Positions 39,428 through 51,789 are shown, counted from the whole stretch's first letter. The stretch is DNA of 63,496 nt, filler included, from Octopus bimaculoides (GCF_001194135.2; 7 parts of 7 records of this genome joined end to end with filler, not necessarily neighbours in it); one strand, 5' to 3'. A program made the numbers and translations. Notes: generated by a model from the letters alone, not told the origin.

Positions 39428-39807
39428 GTGGGTGTTTATATTGTGATATATTTCATCTAACTGTGTCCATTTATTATTTAGTTACCAAGTTGATATATCA
39501 TCACTTAATGTTCACTTTATCATGTTCGCACGGATAAGATAGAATTTGTTGATGCCAATTTTCTATGGTTGAATGGTTTCCTATTGCCAACCCGCAACTC
39601 TCCTCTGTTTAAAAGCAAGATAGTATTTCATCATAGAAAACAGAACATAAACAGTATTGCTTGTATGATGGTGACATTCAATTGCAATTATCACATGATG
39701 CCAAGACAAGAGTACAAATACACATGCATGTGCATGCACACACAGCCACACATGCACACATACATGCATGCACTCACACACACACACACATGCACACATG
39801 CATACAT

Positions 39808-39847
<40 letters not shown>

Positions 39848-39934
39848 GATAAGGTCCTTTCCGGGGGCTGATCATAAATGTCTGCACAGAGTGCAGCTTT
39901 TAAGCTAGTAATTTATATAACCGTTTCTTTTTAG

Positions 39935-40096
39935 GATAATGTTAATTATACAATGGCTGGTAGAAGGATGGAAAGATGTAGGATATGTAAAAATTTTAAA
40001 GTTGTTTCAACATCTGATCCACCTAAGGAGATCAGTCAAGCCCAAGAGACCAGAGAACCTAGAGAAATTGACATAGACCTTGCTAAACAAGAACAG
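39935..40096 (+). CDS. Tandem CxxC-repeat exon, copy 2 (162 nt)
   Basis: TTTTAG / GTAGGT. DNVNYTMAGRRMERCRICKNFKVVSTSDPPKEISQAQETREPREIDIDLAKQEQ. Confidence 0.75.
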
Positions 40097-41649
40097 GTAG
40101 GTTTATATTACATTTTATTCTGTATCCAGGTAAATATAGTTATCATGATCTCTCTCTCATGTTTGTATATATATCATCATCATCATTTAACATCTGCTTT
40201 CCATGCTGGTGTAGGTTGGGTGGTTTGACAGGAGCTGGCCAGGCAGAAGACTACACCAGACTTCTGTGTCTGTTTTGGCATTGTTCTTACAGCTGTATAC
40301 CCTTCCTAATACCAATCACCCAACAGTGATGGCATCAGCACAGGTGAGATCAGTTTTGGCATGATTTTTACTGCTGGATGCTTTTCCAAATGCCAATCAC
40401 TTGAAAGTGTGGACTGGATGCTTTTTATGTGGTACCAGCACAGGCAGGGTCACCAAGTAACTTGCAAGACAAGGAACCTTTGAGAGAGGAACCTTTTAAA
40501 CATTAAATGGCTATGGGGTGGGGACAGGGAGTGGTCCACCAGAATAAAGTAGTAATCAAAGGGGACCATAGGTGAAAAATGGTTGAGAACCATTAATCTA
40601 GAGGTTCCCTCATTGCATCTTTATGTTGCTGTTGTTATTGTTGTTGTTTAGCCTTAGGTCATTTCTGATCATGCAGACTTTTGATTAAAAGGCATTCCAG
40701 TTGTGTCCATCACACCTTTCTATGTGTTCCAGGCACAATGTCTCAAAGGTGACATTACTAGAGTATCCTGCTTTAAAAAAGGAAATGTGTGATTTGAGGG
40801 AGTTGGCTTCTTCTTCAGGCAAGTTATGCCTCCATGTAGGAGCTGGAAATGTCATGGATACTCCTCTTATTTCTCAACTATATCATGAACTACACACTCA
40901 CAATCCAAATGCACACACACGTGTATGTGTGTGTGTGTGCGTGTGTGAGACTGTGTGCGTGCATGCATGTCTGAGTGTGTGTGTGTGTGTGTTTGTGTCT
41001 GTGTCTGTGTGTCTATTCATAGCCATATATTTAACCTTACTGTAGAATGTTTAAACCACCAAGATTTCTTATTTGTAGAATAATTTCAAAAAGAAATTTG
41101 TAATTTAAGGAAGTTGGCTACGATTCCTAGCAAGTTATACCTCCATGTAGGAGTTGTAAATGTCATGGAGACACCTCTTACTTCCTAACTACATCATGAA
41201 ATACGCAGTCACAATCCAAATACACACACACGTGTGTGTGTGTGTGTGTGTATTTATTAGCAATAGTCATGAGACAGAGTGCCTACAGATAAGTTGTAAA
41301 TATATTTACATGCATAGCCATATATTTAACCTTACCGTAGAATATTTAAACCATCAAATCTCTCTTCTTAGAACGATTTCAAAAGGAACTCAACTTAATT
41401 TCATCTGGTTGCTACCAGCTCATCACCTGTATTAACTTTATCTCTTCTATAAATTTTCACTCGTCTCATTTTTCATAATGAGCTTTAACTCTGTGTTGAA
41501 TGCATTGCTTAAACGAACAGACAAACTGGTTATGACTGTGTTGTTCAATATTGTAGAGTTCTGATTGTTTAACTATATTTTTCTAATATATCTACTTGTA
41601 AATTCATTTGCATCTCAAGTATAATTGATATACCTGTGATTCTTTTTAG

Positions 41650-41811
41650 GATACTGTTAAGTATGTAGTGGCTGGTAATAAGATGGAAAGATGTAAGATA
41701 TGTAAAAAGTTTAAAGTTGCTTCAACATATGCTTCACCCAAAGAGATCAGCGAACCCCAAGAGACCAGGCAACCTGGAGAAATTGACATAGACCTTGCTA
41801 AACAAGAACAG
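41650..41811 (+). CDS. Tandem CxxC-repeat exon, copy 3 (162 nt)
   Basis: TTTTAG / GTAGGT. DTVKYVVAGNKMERCKICKKFKVASTYASPKEISEPQETRQPGEIDIDLAKQEQ. Confidence 0.75.
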
Positions 41812-43154
41812 GTAGGTTAATATTATATTTTATCTCTATCCAGATAAACGTAGTTATCAAAATCTCTCTCTCATATATCTATACATATAGATTTGACATG
41901 GGCGACTCTTTCTTGTCTTCGGATTCACGGTCAAACAGCTGGGTGGAATTGTGCGAAAAATTTCACAGATGCCCCCATGGTTACCTAGATAATCTACTAT
42001 AATAATACTCTTGTGTTTATGAATGAGAAATGAAGGGGTGATAGATGAATAAGGAAGGAAGGGGTGATGTCATACTTGGTAGTGGGATGATGAAATTGTA
42101 TGCTGAAAAAAATAAATCAAACAGTGTTTCAACTCTGTGTGAATATACGTTTGTGTATGTAAAAGGGGAGGGGGGTATGTGAATGTGTGTGTGTGTGTGC
42201 ATGTGTGTGTGTGTGTGCGTGTGTGTGTGCATGTCCACGTGCAATGGAAATAGGATGGTTCATCTTTGTTCGCTTAGTATTTGGGTTTATTTTTTGATTC
42301 GATTGAATCTTGGTTGGTTTCTCTTTTTGTTGGTCAGTTATTTTAGCGTTTTGACCGAAGTCACTCTAAAATTGTCTNNNNNNNNNNNNNNNNNNNNNNN
42401 NNNNNNNNNNNNNNNNNNNNNNNNNNNNNNNNNNNNNNNNNNNNNNNNNNNNNNNNNNNNNNNNNNNNNNNNNNNNNNNNNNNNNNNNNNNNNNNNNNNN
42501 NNNNNNNNNNNNNNNNNNNNNNNNNNNNNNNNNNNNNNNNNNNNNNNNNNNNNNNNTATATATATATATATATCATTATCATCACTTAACATCCATTGTC
42601 CATGCTGGCATGGACTGGATAACTTGATGTGAGCTGCAGTCTGATTTGGTATGGTTTCTACAGCTGGATGCCCTTCCTAACGCCAGCCACTGTATATATA
42701 TATATGTATATATATGATGTCATGTAGCCCCAGTTGAATTTGATTGAGGAGATTTAAGATCAAAAACATCCTGGCATGGCCATCCTTTCTATTACATGAA
42801 ACAGCTTGATTTCTTCCTCTGATGTTTTACGTACTTAGTTGAACCAATACAAGTTCATCATCATCATCATCATCATTTAACATCCGTTTTCCATGCTGGC
42901 ATGGGTTGGACGGTTTAACTGGGAACTGGCAAGTCAGGAGGTTGCACCAGGCTCCAATCTGATCTGACGGTGTTTCTACAGCTGGTTGCCCTTGCTAACA
43001 CCAACCACTCCGAGAGTGTAGTGGGTGCTTTTTACATGCCACCGGCACGGGAGCCAGTCAGGTAGCACTGGCATTAGCCACATTTTTCTACTATATCTAC
43101 ATGTAAATTTATTTGCATCTCAAGTATAATTGATATACCTGTGATTCTTTTTAG

Positions 43155-43316
43155 GATACTGTTAAGTATGTAGTGGCTGGTAATAAGATGGAAAGATGTA
43201 AGATATGTAAAAAATTTAAGGCTGTTTCAACATCTGCTTCACCCAATGAAATCAGTGAACCCCAAGAGACCAGGCAACCTGGAGAAATTGACATAGACCT
43301 TGCTAAACAAGAACAG
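43155..43316 (+). CDS. Tandem CxxC-repeat exon, copy 4 (162 nt)
   Basis: TTTTAG / GTAAGT. DTVKYVVAGNKMERCKICKKFKAVSTSASPNEISEPQETRQPGEIDIDLAKQEQ. Confidence 0.75.
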
Positions 43317-43387
43317 GTAAGTTAATATTATATTTTATCTCTATCCAGATAAACATAGTTATCAAAATCTCTCTCTCATATATGTGT

Positions 43388-43428
<41 letters not shown>

Positions 43429-43964
43429 CAAGAAATGAGGGCAGGGAATCGTCAATTAATAATAGAATTAACAATTAACAATTTTGCCAAGTAGTTCAGT
43501 ATGAAATAAACCTTTATCGGTAAGACCATTTATCATCATAAATATAAGGGATTAGCAATTGAGTTGCTTCTCCAACATACTGAAAATTCAGAAACAGCAG
43601 TCAAAGAACTACCGCTTCTAAACTACAAATTTTTCTCTAAAACGGATGGCGATATTTATGGCACACATAGAACAAAAATTGTTAATTGTTAATTCTANNN
43701 NNNNNNNNNNNNNNNNNNNNNNNNNNNNNNNNNNNNNNNNNNNNNNNNNNNNNNNNNNNNNNNNNNNNNNNNNNNNNNNNNNNNNNNNNNNNNNNNNNNN
43801 NNNNNNNNNNNNNNNNNNNNNNNNNNNNNNNNNNNNNNNNNNNNNNNNNNNNNNNNNNNNNNNNNNNNNNNNNNNNNNNNNNNNNNNNNNNNNNNNNNNN
43901 NNNNNNNNNNNNNNNNNNNNNNNNNNNNNNNNNTTTAGAGACACTTTCAAATTTATCAGAATAT

Positions 43965-44027
43965 TTGGGCTGAAGATTGGAATAGTGAAGTTTTCGTTCG
44001 CTTAACCATGAAACGATTCGTACCCAA
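43965..44027 (+). ncRNA. Type I hammerhead-like motif
   Basis: Stem I UUGGG/CCCAA; core CUGAAGA; stem II UGG...CCA extended by AGUGAA/UUCGCU; GAAA; stem III ACGA/UCGU; GUA triplet (predicted cut after 44022). Confidence 0.65.
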
Positions 44028-44207
44028 TTAACTAAAGGCTTGTTTTGTTTGTGCTTTTCCCTCCGGTTTTTTGTTCTATGTGTGCCATAAATATCGCCAT
44101 CCGTTTTAGAGAAAAATTTGTAGTTTAGAAGCGGTAGTTCTTTGACTGCTGTTTCTGAATTTTCAGTATGTTGGAGAAGCAACTCAATTGCTAATCCCTT
44201 ATATTTA

Positions 44208-44241
<34 letters not shown>

Positions 44242-44391
44242 TCATCATCATCATCCTCACCATTTGTTGACCATGCTGGCATGGATTGGATGGCTTGATG
44301 TGAGCTGGCAAGCTGGGGAGCTGCACCAAATCAGACTGGAATCTAATTTGGTATGTTTCTACAGCTGGATGCCCTTCCTAATGCCAGCCAC

Positions 44392-44422
<31 letters not shown>

Positions 44423-44778
44423 TCATAGAAAACTATGTAATTGTTACCAATATAGCAGGAATTTTCACCGCAAAAAAATCTAAATTAGACTCCTTAGGGA
44501 TTGTTCTTGTTTATATATCCAAAGTTTTAAATTTTTACATTTAAGAGAGAGATTTGACGCTAATATCCACTATTAATGTAATTTATTCCTATGTATTTAT
44601 ATATATATATATATATATATATGATATTGTGTAGCCCCAGTTGAATTTGATTGAGGAGATTTATGGTCAAAAACATCCTGGCATGGCCATCCTTTCTATT
44701 TTGCTTTTCAGATCACATTATTCAGTATCCCCTTCTTTTTATGACACTGTTTCCAACAGGTTATGTGACCATCTAGAG

Positions 44779-45075
44779 CAATGTTTCTCAAATGGGAGCC
44801 TATATAAGATTTTTGGGGATTCGTGAAAAGATTGTGGCTTATATGTATTTATTACATGAAACAGCTTGATTTCTTTCTCTAATGTTTTACTTAGTTCAAC
44901 CAACACAAGTTAATGAGTGAAAATCGAAATATGAATTTTGAAAGAAGTACCTATAAAATTAGCTTTTAAACATCAAAAGGCTATGGGTTGGGGACTGGCG
45001 GGCAGGGGTGGAGGTCCACCAGAATAAAGTAGTAATCAAAGGCGACCATAGGTGAAAAGTGGCTGAGAATTACTA
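44779..45075. mobile_element. hAT (Buster-type) MITE with 8-bp TSD
   Basis: Ends CAATGTTTCTCA / TGAGAATTACTA. TSD ATCTAGAG (44771-44778) / ATGTAGAG (45076-45083), with central TA. A paralogous right end plus ATCTAGAG lies at 40500-40603. Confidence 0.65.
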
Positions 45076-45826
45076 ATGTAGAGGTTCCCTCATTATATCT
45101 TTATGCTGCTGCTGTTGTTTTGTTGTTTAGCCCAAGGCCAGTTCTGGTCATGCAGACTTTTGATTAAAAGGCATTCCAATTGTGGCCATCATACCTTTCT
45201 TTGTGTTTCAGGCATAATGTCTCAAAGATGATATTACTAGTGTATCCTATTTTTAAGAAAGAAAATGTCTAATTTGAGGGAGTTGGCTTCTACTTCTGGC
45301 AAGTAATGCCTCCAGGTAGGGGCTGTAAATGTCATGGACATTCCTCTTACTTCCTAGTTATATCATGAACTACACAGTCACAATCCAAATGCACACACAC
45401 GTGTGTGTGTGTGTGTGTGTATTTATTAGCTTCAGTCCTGAGACAGTGCCTACAGATAAGTTGTAAATATATTTACATGTATAGCCATATATTTAACCTT
45501 CCTGTGAAATGTTAAAGCTACCAAGATCTCTTTTTGTAGAATGATTTCAAAGGGAACTAAACTAAAATTCACCTGGTTGTTATCAGCTCATCAGCTGCGT
45601 TTACTTTATTTCTTCTATCAATTGTTACTTATCTCATTTTTCACAAGTAATTGTAAACTACTGTTCGCCTGTGTTAAATGTATTGCTTAAATGTTGCAAA
45701 CAAGTTTGTTATGAGCAAGTTGTTCAATTTTGTAGAGTTCTGTTTGTTAAAATATATTTTTCTAATATCTATATGTAAATTTATTTGCATCCCAAGTATA
45801 ATTCATTTAACTGTTCTTCTTTTTAG

Positions 45827-45988
45827 GATACTGTTGAATATGTAGTGGCTGGCAGTAAGATGGAAAGATGTAAGATATGTAAAAAATTTAAGTTTGTTTC
45901 AACATCTGCTTCACCCAATGAAATCAGTGAACCCCAAGAGACCAGAGAACCTGGAGAAATCGACATAGACCTTGCTAAACAGGAACAG
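45827..45988 (+). CDS. Tandem CxxC-repeat exon, copy 5 (162 nt)
   Basis: TTTTAG / GTAGGT. DTVEYVVAGSKMERCKICKKFKFVSTSASPNEISEPQETREPGEIDIDLAKQEQ. Confidence 0.75.
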
Positions 45989-47011
45989 GTAGGTTTATAT
46001 TATATTTTATCTCTCTCTGCAGATATACATTATTATCAAGATCCCTCTCTTTTGTGCTTATATATCATCATCATCACAAGTGGCTTTCGAGATGGAAAGC
46101 AATAAAGAGGGTTTTCCTTCTATGAAAAGAAGGCAACAATTTTTTACAAAATCCCTTGCCAGATTTGCATGTCAAACTCTCTGATGTTTGTTTTTTTAAA
46201 AAAGGAAATGTGTGATTTGAGGGAGTTGTCTTCTTCTTCAGGCAAATTATGTCTCCATGTAGGAGCTGTAAATGTCATAGATACTCCTCTTATTTCCCAA
46301 CTATATCATGAACTACACACTCACAATCCAAATGCACACACACACACACAAGCACACACGCACACGCATACATGTGTGTGTATTTATTAGTAATAGTCTT
46401 GGGACAGAGTACCTTCAGATAAGTTGTAAATATATTTACATGTATAGCCATATATTTAACCTTGTTGTGGAATGTTTAAACTACCAAGATCTCTTTTTGT
46501 TGAATGATTTGAAGAACTCAAGTAAATTTCACCTGGTTGTTACCAGCTCATCAGCTGTATTAACTTTGTCTCTTCTAGCAATTGTTACTTGTCTCATTTT
46601 TCACAAGTAGCTGTAAACTACTGTTTCGTTGTGTTGAATGTCATGCTTCTCCCTTTTGATACCAACCTGCCTGAAATTGCTTCTGGCTCTATAGTACGAA
46701 TGTCTTGTTTTCAAAAGTTCTGAATTAAAATCTTCCATCAAACCTTTGTCACAATTTATGTTGCTAACACTAACTTAATGATAATTAAGTTACTTTACTA
46801 AATTCTTTGTTATATTTAGAATTAATTGAAAGAAACACAGAGCATCTCAACAGAAATATGGTAACAAAAGAGTTAAGCATACAGACAAACTGGTTATGAC
46901 CAAGTTGTTCAATTTTGTAGAGTTCTGTTCATTTAACTATATTTTTCTAATATCTACATGTAAATTTATTTGCATCTCAAGGATAATTTATATAAGTATG
47001 TTTGTTTTTAG

Positions 47012-47173
47012 GATACCGTTAAGTATGTAGTGGTTGGTAGTAAGATGGAAAGGTGTAAGATATGTAAAAATTTTAAAGTTGCTTCACCATCTGCTTCACC
47101 CAAAGAGATCAGCGAACCCCAAGAGACCAGACAATTTGGAGAAATCGACATAGACCTTGCTAAACAAGAACAG
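47012..47173 (+). CDS. Tandem CxxC-repeat exon, copy 6 (162 nt)
   Basis: TTTTAG / GTAGGT. DTVKYVVVGSKMERCKICKNFKVASPSASPKEISEPQETRQFGEIDIDLAKQEQ. Confidence 0.75.
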
Positions 47174-47299
47174 GTAGGTTTATATTATATTTTATCCCTC
47201 TCCAGATTAACGTTGTCATCAAGATCTCTTTCTTGTGTATACATGTATATTTATGCATCAAAAACCAAGGAACCATTTTTTAGGTATTCTGAGCCTAAA

Positions 47300-48790
47300 A
47301 CAAGGGACTCAATGGCATCAACCCTATGTGAGATCCCAAAGATTAGAGATCTGTTGCATAAAACCCTGTCAAGTCAATAAACCAAATTTCTTTCATGAGG
47401 ACTGAAGTTCACCCCCAACATCACAAAAGTTGAATTTAAATGAGATGCAGAACAATGTCCAGGAATTCTGTAGAAAATTTTGAGTCACTGAAGAAGTATT
47501 TGATAAAGAAATTAATGATCATTCAATACTTCATAATAAAACCAACTATAGTCTGACAAAAGGGAGAAACCAAACTCTGGATAAATTTCATGATTTAGTA
47601 TCCAATTTCCCCTATAATTTACTCCTTCATTGGAAATTGAAAACAAATACAAGCTGAGAAGAATGGGAAATCATTAATGATCTCAAGGATGATCATAATA
47701 TAGTTATCAAACAAGCTGATAAAGGGAGTTCTGTAGTCATCATGGACAAGAACAATACATAAACACTACCCTAACCCTTCTTCAAGACAATACCTACTAC
47801 AAAAAAATCAACAGTCAATCTAAAATAATGACAAAGTTTACTACCCTCATCTATCAGTTCCAACAATATTTAATGGAAAAGAAAAATTTAACTGCAAACC
47901 CAGTAACTTTTATGGACTTCCAAAAATTCACAAGAGTGAAGCCATAAATGAAGCATGTAGCAGATCAACTTCGTTAGTCATTAATATTCCACATCCAAGA
48001 GATCTCAAAGTGAAGCCAGTTGTGGCTGGTCTGTCCTGTGAGACATACAGACTGAGTAACTTCATTGACATCCTCCTAAAACTTATTCTTCAACATATAC
48101 TGAGCTTCATAAGAGATGACCTGAACTTTTTAAACCATATCCTGAACAAAACCAGCATAGACTCTCCTTTGGTCTCATTCAACATAATAAATCTCTACAC
48201 CTCAATTCCTCATGAATACAGAATAGAAGCTATATAATTCTGGCTGGAAAAATTCCCAAAGAAGATTCCTGACCGAATTGAAAAAGGATTTATCATTGTG
48301 GGACTGAAATTCATCTTAACTTCTTTAATTTCAATGAAAACACCTAAAGACAAAAATCTGGGACTGCAATGGGAACAAGGTTAGCCCCCATTTTTCTTAC
48401 CTTGTCATGGCATACTTATAAATCTAAATATATGAACACGCCAGACTGAAATTTGGTGTCAACTTCCAAAAATACTTACTCACCAACTGGAAATGTTACC
48501 TGGACAATTGCTTCATTCTGTGGTCACATAACCTTCATGGACTTTGGAATTTGAAAAGTTAATTAACAACATTAACCACAACATCCAGTTTGCAATGGAA
48601 TACAGTCACAAACTTCGACCCTTTCTAAACATTTTAACCATAAAAAGAGATATTAGCATAGAAACTGACATCTCCTGTCAACCAACAAACTCAAAACAAT
48701 ATCTATTATCTTCTTCCTGCCATCCAAAGTATACTAAAATCAATATACCTTTTAACTTGGCAAGAAGAATTTGCATGATTGCAGCAAAAA
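47300..48790 (+). mobile_element. Decayed Penelope-like element reverse transcriptase
   Basis: Frameshifted pieces GLKFTP, VIKQADKGSSVV, FYGLPKIHK, SFNIINLYTSIPH, SGTAMGTRLAP, NIQFAMEYS, PTNSKQYLLSSSCHPKYTKINIPFNLARRI. These are PLE-type RT motifs. Confidence 0.85.
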
Positions 48791-48867
48791 TAATGTATTT
48801 TCTTTAAATAAGCAATTCAATTTTTTTACAACTCAAGTTTAATTTATATAAATGGATTTCTTTTTAG

Positions 48868-49011
48868 GATACTGTTAACTACACAGTTGTTGGTAGTAAG
48901 ATGGAAAGATGTAAAATATGTAAAAATTTTAAACTTGCTTCAGCATCTGCTTCACCCAGAGAGATCAGTGAACCCCAAGAAATCAGCAGAGATTTTGCTA
49001 AACAAGAACAA
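48868..49011 (+). CDS. Tandem CxxC-repeat exon, copy 7 (144 nt)
   Basis: TTTTAG / GTAGGT. DTVNYTVVGSKMERCKICKNFKLASASASPREISEPQEISRDFAKQEQ. Confidence 0.72.
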
Positions 49012-49664
49012 GTAGGTGAAATAAATTAGACAGTCTTTTCAATTTATTTAACAAAGAGAGCTTTATGTTTTAACCATTTGCACAGGTCAGTAAATGTATG
49101 GTTATTAAATGTACATTTGCAAATTCATTTACAAATTACATATGTAACATCTTCATCATTATTTAACACCCATGTACCATGTTGATATGGGCTGGACATC
49201 CACTACTACTCACTTCATACCCTGAGATGTCACCCGAACACCACTATTTATCCCTTTATCTCTTTGGAGACGCTACTGATTCATTCTCGCTCTCTCCTGT
49301 AAATGCGAGTAGTCATGTAGTCCCTCTATAAGGACCAGCTCTACCAAGATCCTTTCACTCAAACCTGAACTCCCATCTGGCATAAAGACACATCTCTTTA
49401 CTCTCCTCCTCTGGTTATGTAGGCTTGTGGGCAGCATGGCACTTTCACTACTGCCAGTGGCACAAAAGTTAGTGCCCAGTAGATACTGTAAAGTGGTTGG
49501 TGTTTGAAATGGCATCCAGCTGTAGATACCCTGCAAAAGCAGACACTAGAGCATGATGTTGTCTTTGAACCTATCAGATCTTCTCAGACTGTCCAATCCA
49601 TGCCAGCATAGAACATGGATGTTAAATGATAATGAAGTTTTATAACTAGCAAGTTAGTTTTTGT

Positions 49665-49928
49665 TTGTGGCAGATGTTCAGGTGCAATAAAGACTGTAAA
49701 CAAACAGGAAACAACTTCTATCTCATTCCAGGGTGAAAAACTAGAGGTAGTCGATAGCTTCCGCTATCTGGGCAACCAAGATAGTAGTGGGGGTGGGTGC
49801 ACTGAAAGTGTAGCTGCTAGAATAAGAATAGCCTGGGCAAAGTTTAGAGAGCTCTTACCCCTGCTGGCGACAAAGGGACTCTCACTCAGAGTAAAAGGCA
49901 GACTGTATGATGCATGCGTACGAACAGC
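49665..49928 (+). mobile_element. RTE-clade LINE fragment (C-terminal RT region)
   Basis: GEKLEVVDSFRYLGNQDSSGGGCTESVAARIRIAWAKFRELLPLLATKGLSLRVKGRLYDACVRTA; runs into the gap. Confidence 0.85.
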
Positions 49929-50719
49929 NNNNNNNNNNNNNNNNNNNNNNNNNNNNNNNNNNNNNNNNNNNNTTAATTAATTAANNNNNNNNNNNNNNNN
50001 NNNNNNNNNNNNNNNNNNNNNNNNNNNNGCGAGATCGTTGCCAGTACCCCTGGACTGGCTCTTGTGCAGGTGGCACATAAAAGACACCATTTCGAGCGTG
50101 GCCGTTTTCATGCGGGTGACACGTAAAAGCACCCACTACACTCTCTGAGTGGTTGGCGTTAGGAAGGGCATCCAGCTGTAGAAACTCTGCCAAATTAGAT
50201 TGGAGCCTGGTGTAGCCATCCGGTTGCACCAGTCCTCAGTCAAATCGTCCAACCCATGCTAGCATGGAAAGCGGACGTTAAACGATGATGATGATGATGA
50301 TGATGACGATGATGATGATGATGATGATGACGATGATGATAGTTATTTTCTGTGAAAGCAGCAGAATATTATAGCTTTGCTAAAGACACACAAGACTCAA
50401 ATATAAGTATTTTAGAATAGTGGATTTCAAAGCATATAGAGCTATAAATGATAACATGAAAATACTGGGTTGAGAAAGCCTTTTTAGATACAAAAAGTTA
50501 AAAGCTGCTGGTGAAGAGTTTCTCCAATATAATATTTACATGCTTTATGTACTTTGAAATCCACTGTTCCAAAAAAGGAATTATTTAATGTTCTCTCAAA
50601 AGTTTATAAATTCTTATGATATCAACAATAAGTATTTTGGTAAAATCAAAATTACTGGCAAAAAAAATATAGGTATAGAGTGGAAAAAAAAAAAAAACTG
50701 ATCACAAATAATTACTTGC

Positions 50720-50842
50720 CTCGACTAATGGCATGTCGTCTGTAGAAAAGATCATAAATATAACGTGATCTCTGATGGTGAATTCTGAAAATTGGCCATA
50801 AAGCCTCAACTTTCCTCTTTCCTTCATGTGGTTCAGTTTCCG
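50720..50842 (-). CDS. BUD31: BUD31 (G10) spliceosomal protein, internal exon (123 nt, phase 1 to 1)
   Basis: TCTTTTTCAG acceptor. Reads (A)[40 protein letters not shown](E), nearly identical to metazoan BUD31. Donor AG|GCAAGT. I did not find the other exons in the window. Confidence 0.93.
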
Positions 50843-51789
50843 CTGAAAAAGATAGAACGAAACTAATTACAAGACTTACTAATAAGTACTATTTTGCAAT
50901 GGTTAAAATGACTAATGGCCTTGAAAATGAAAATAAAATAAGTTTGTTTCTTTTTCCATGTATATTTCCATGTTTGCATCAGTTGGACAAATATGTTATT
51001 TGAGGCATTGTTTAACAGCCAGATGTCTCATAGTTTGTGACTCTGTATTCCAGTAACACATGGTGTCAATGGGGGAGTTGCATTCCCATTTCTTGAAGTT
51101 ACTTTGGTTCTGTCAGAATATTTCCATTTTGTCCAGCTTGCATCTGCAAGTAACTGTTCACACGGCACCTTTTACATTATATTGCTAAGGCCACAGGTTG
51201 TCAAACAATAACCATAATTGTATTATTGGTGTGATATTTTTGTATTTGTTCTTGGAAATAACTGACCTATTTCCTTTGGAAATAACTGATTGTTTGTGTG
51301 TACAGGTGTGTTCCTCCTTATTGTAAAATAAATAACCTTTGGGTTAATTGTTTATTTGTAATACTTTTCATTCCGGAGATATACAAATCATAGGATTGTC
51401 TCTTAAACATTTTTTAATGTATGTTTCATAAAAGCAGATTAAGTCACCAATAAACACTCAGGCAACACACTTTACAATAAAAACTTCAACAAAATTAAAC
51501 TGCATTTAAGCAACAGGTAACAGTAAATAATACTTCAGGTAGTGAACAGTTAGAAGATTACCAAAGTACCATAATCTTCCAATGAAAAATCTGTTTGGTT
51601 AGATGAATCCAAGACAGAATTAAAAACAACAAATGTAAGTAGATGCTTTATAATCATAATGGCAATTCCTCAACATCTGTTTGTAAAATAAACTTACTTT
51701 TGCATGTATGCATGTATCATGGAACTAAAATTATTTATTGTAATATTTTCTGTACTAGACTAATACTTTCATTTTATGCACTGTGTGTA

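Noticed and set aside
40778-40920. Open frame KKEMCDLRELASSSGKLCLHV shared by two array introns (also about 46200)
   Set aside because: No splice signals, and the paralogous blocks at about 41105 and 45260 carry in-frame stops; it is duplicated intron sequence.
39278-49011. Repeat array considered as CRISPR-like or plain satellite
   Set aside because: Units are 144-162 nt, irregularly spaced by 0.5-2.5 kb and bounded by splice sites in a eukaryotic context.
50880-50919. 40-nt minus-strand segment with a good acceptor and GTAAGT donor just upstream of the BUD31 exon
   Set aside because: It would leave a 37-nt intron, too short for normal splicing, and would shift the BUD31 frame.
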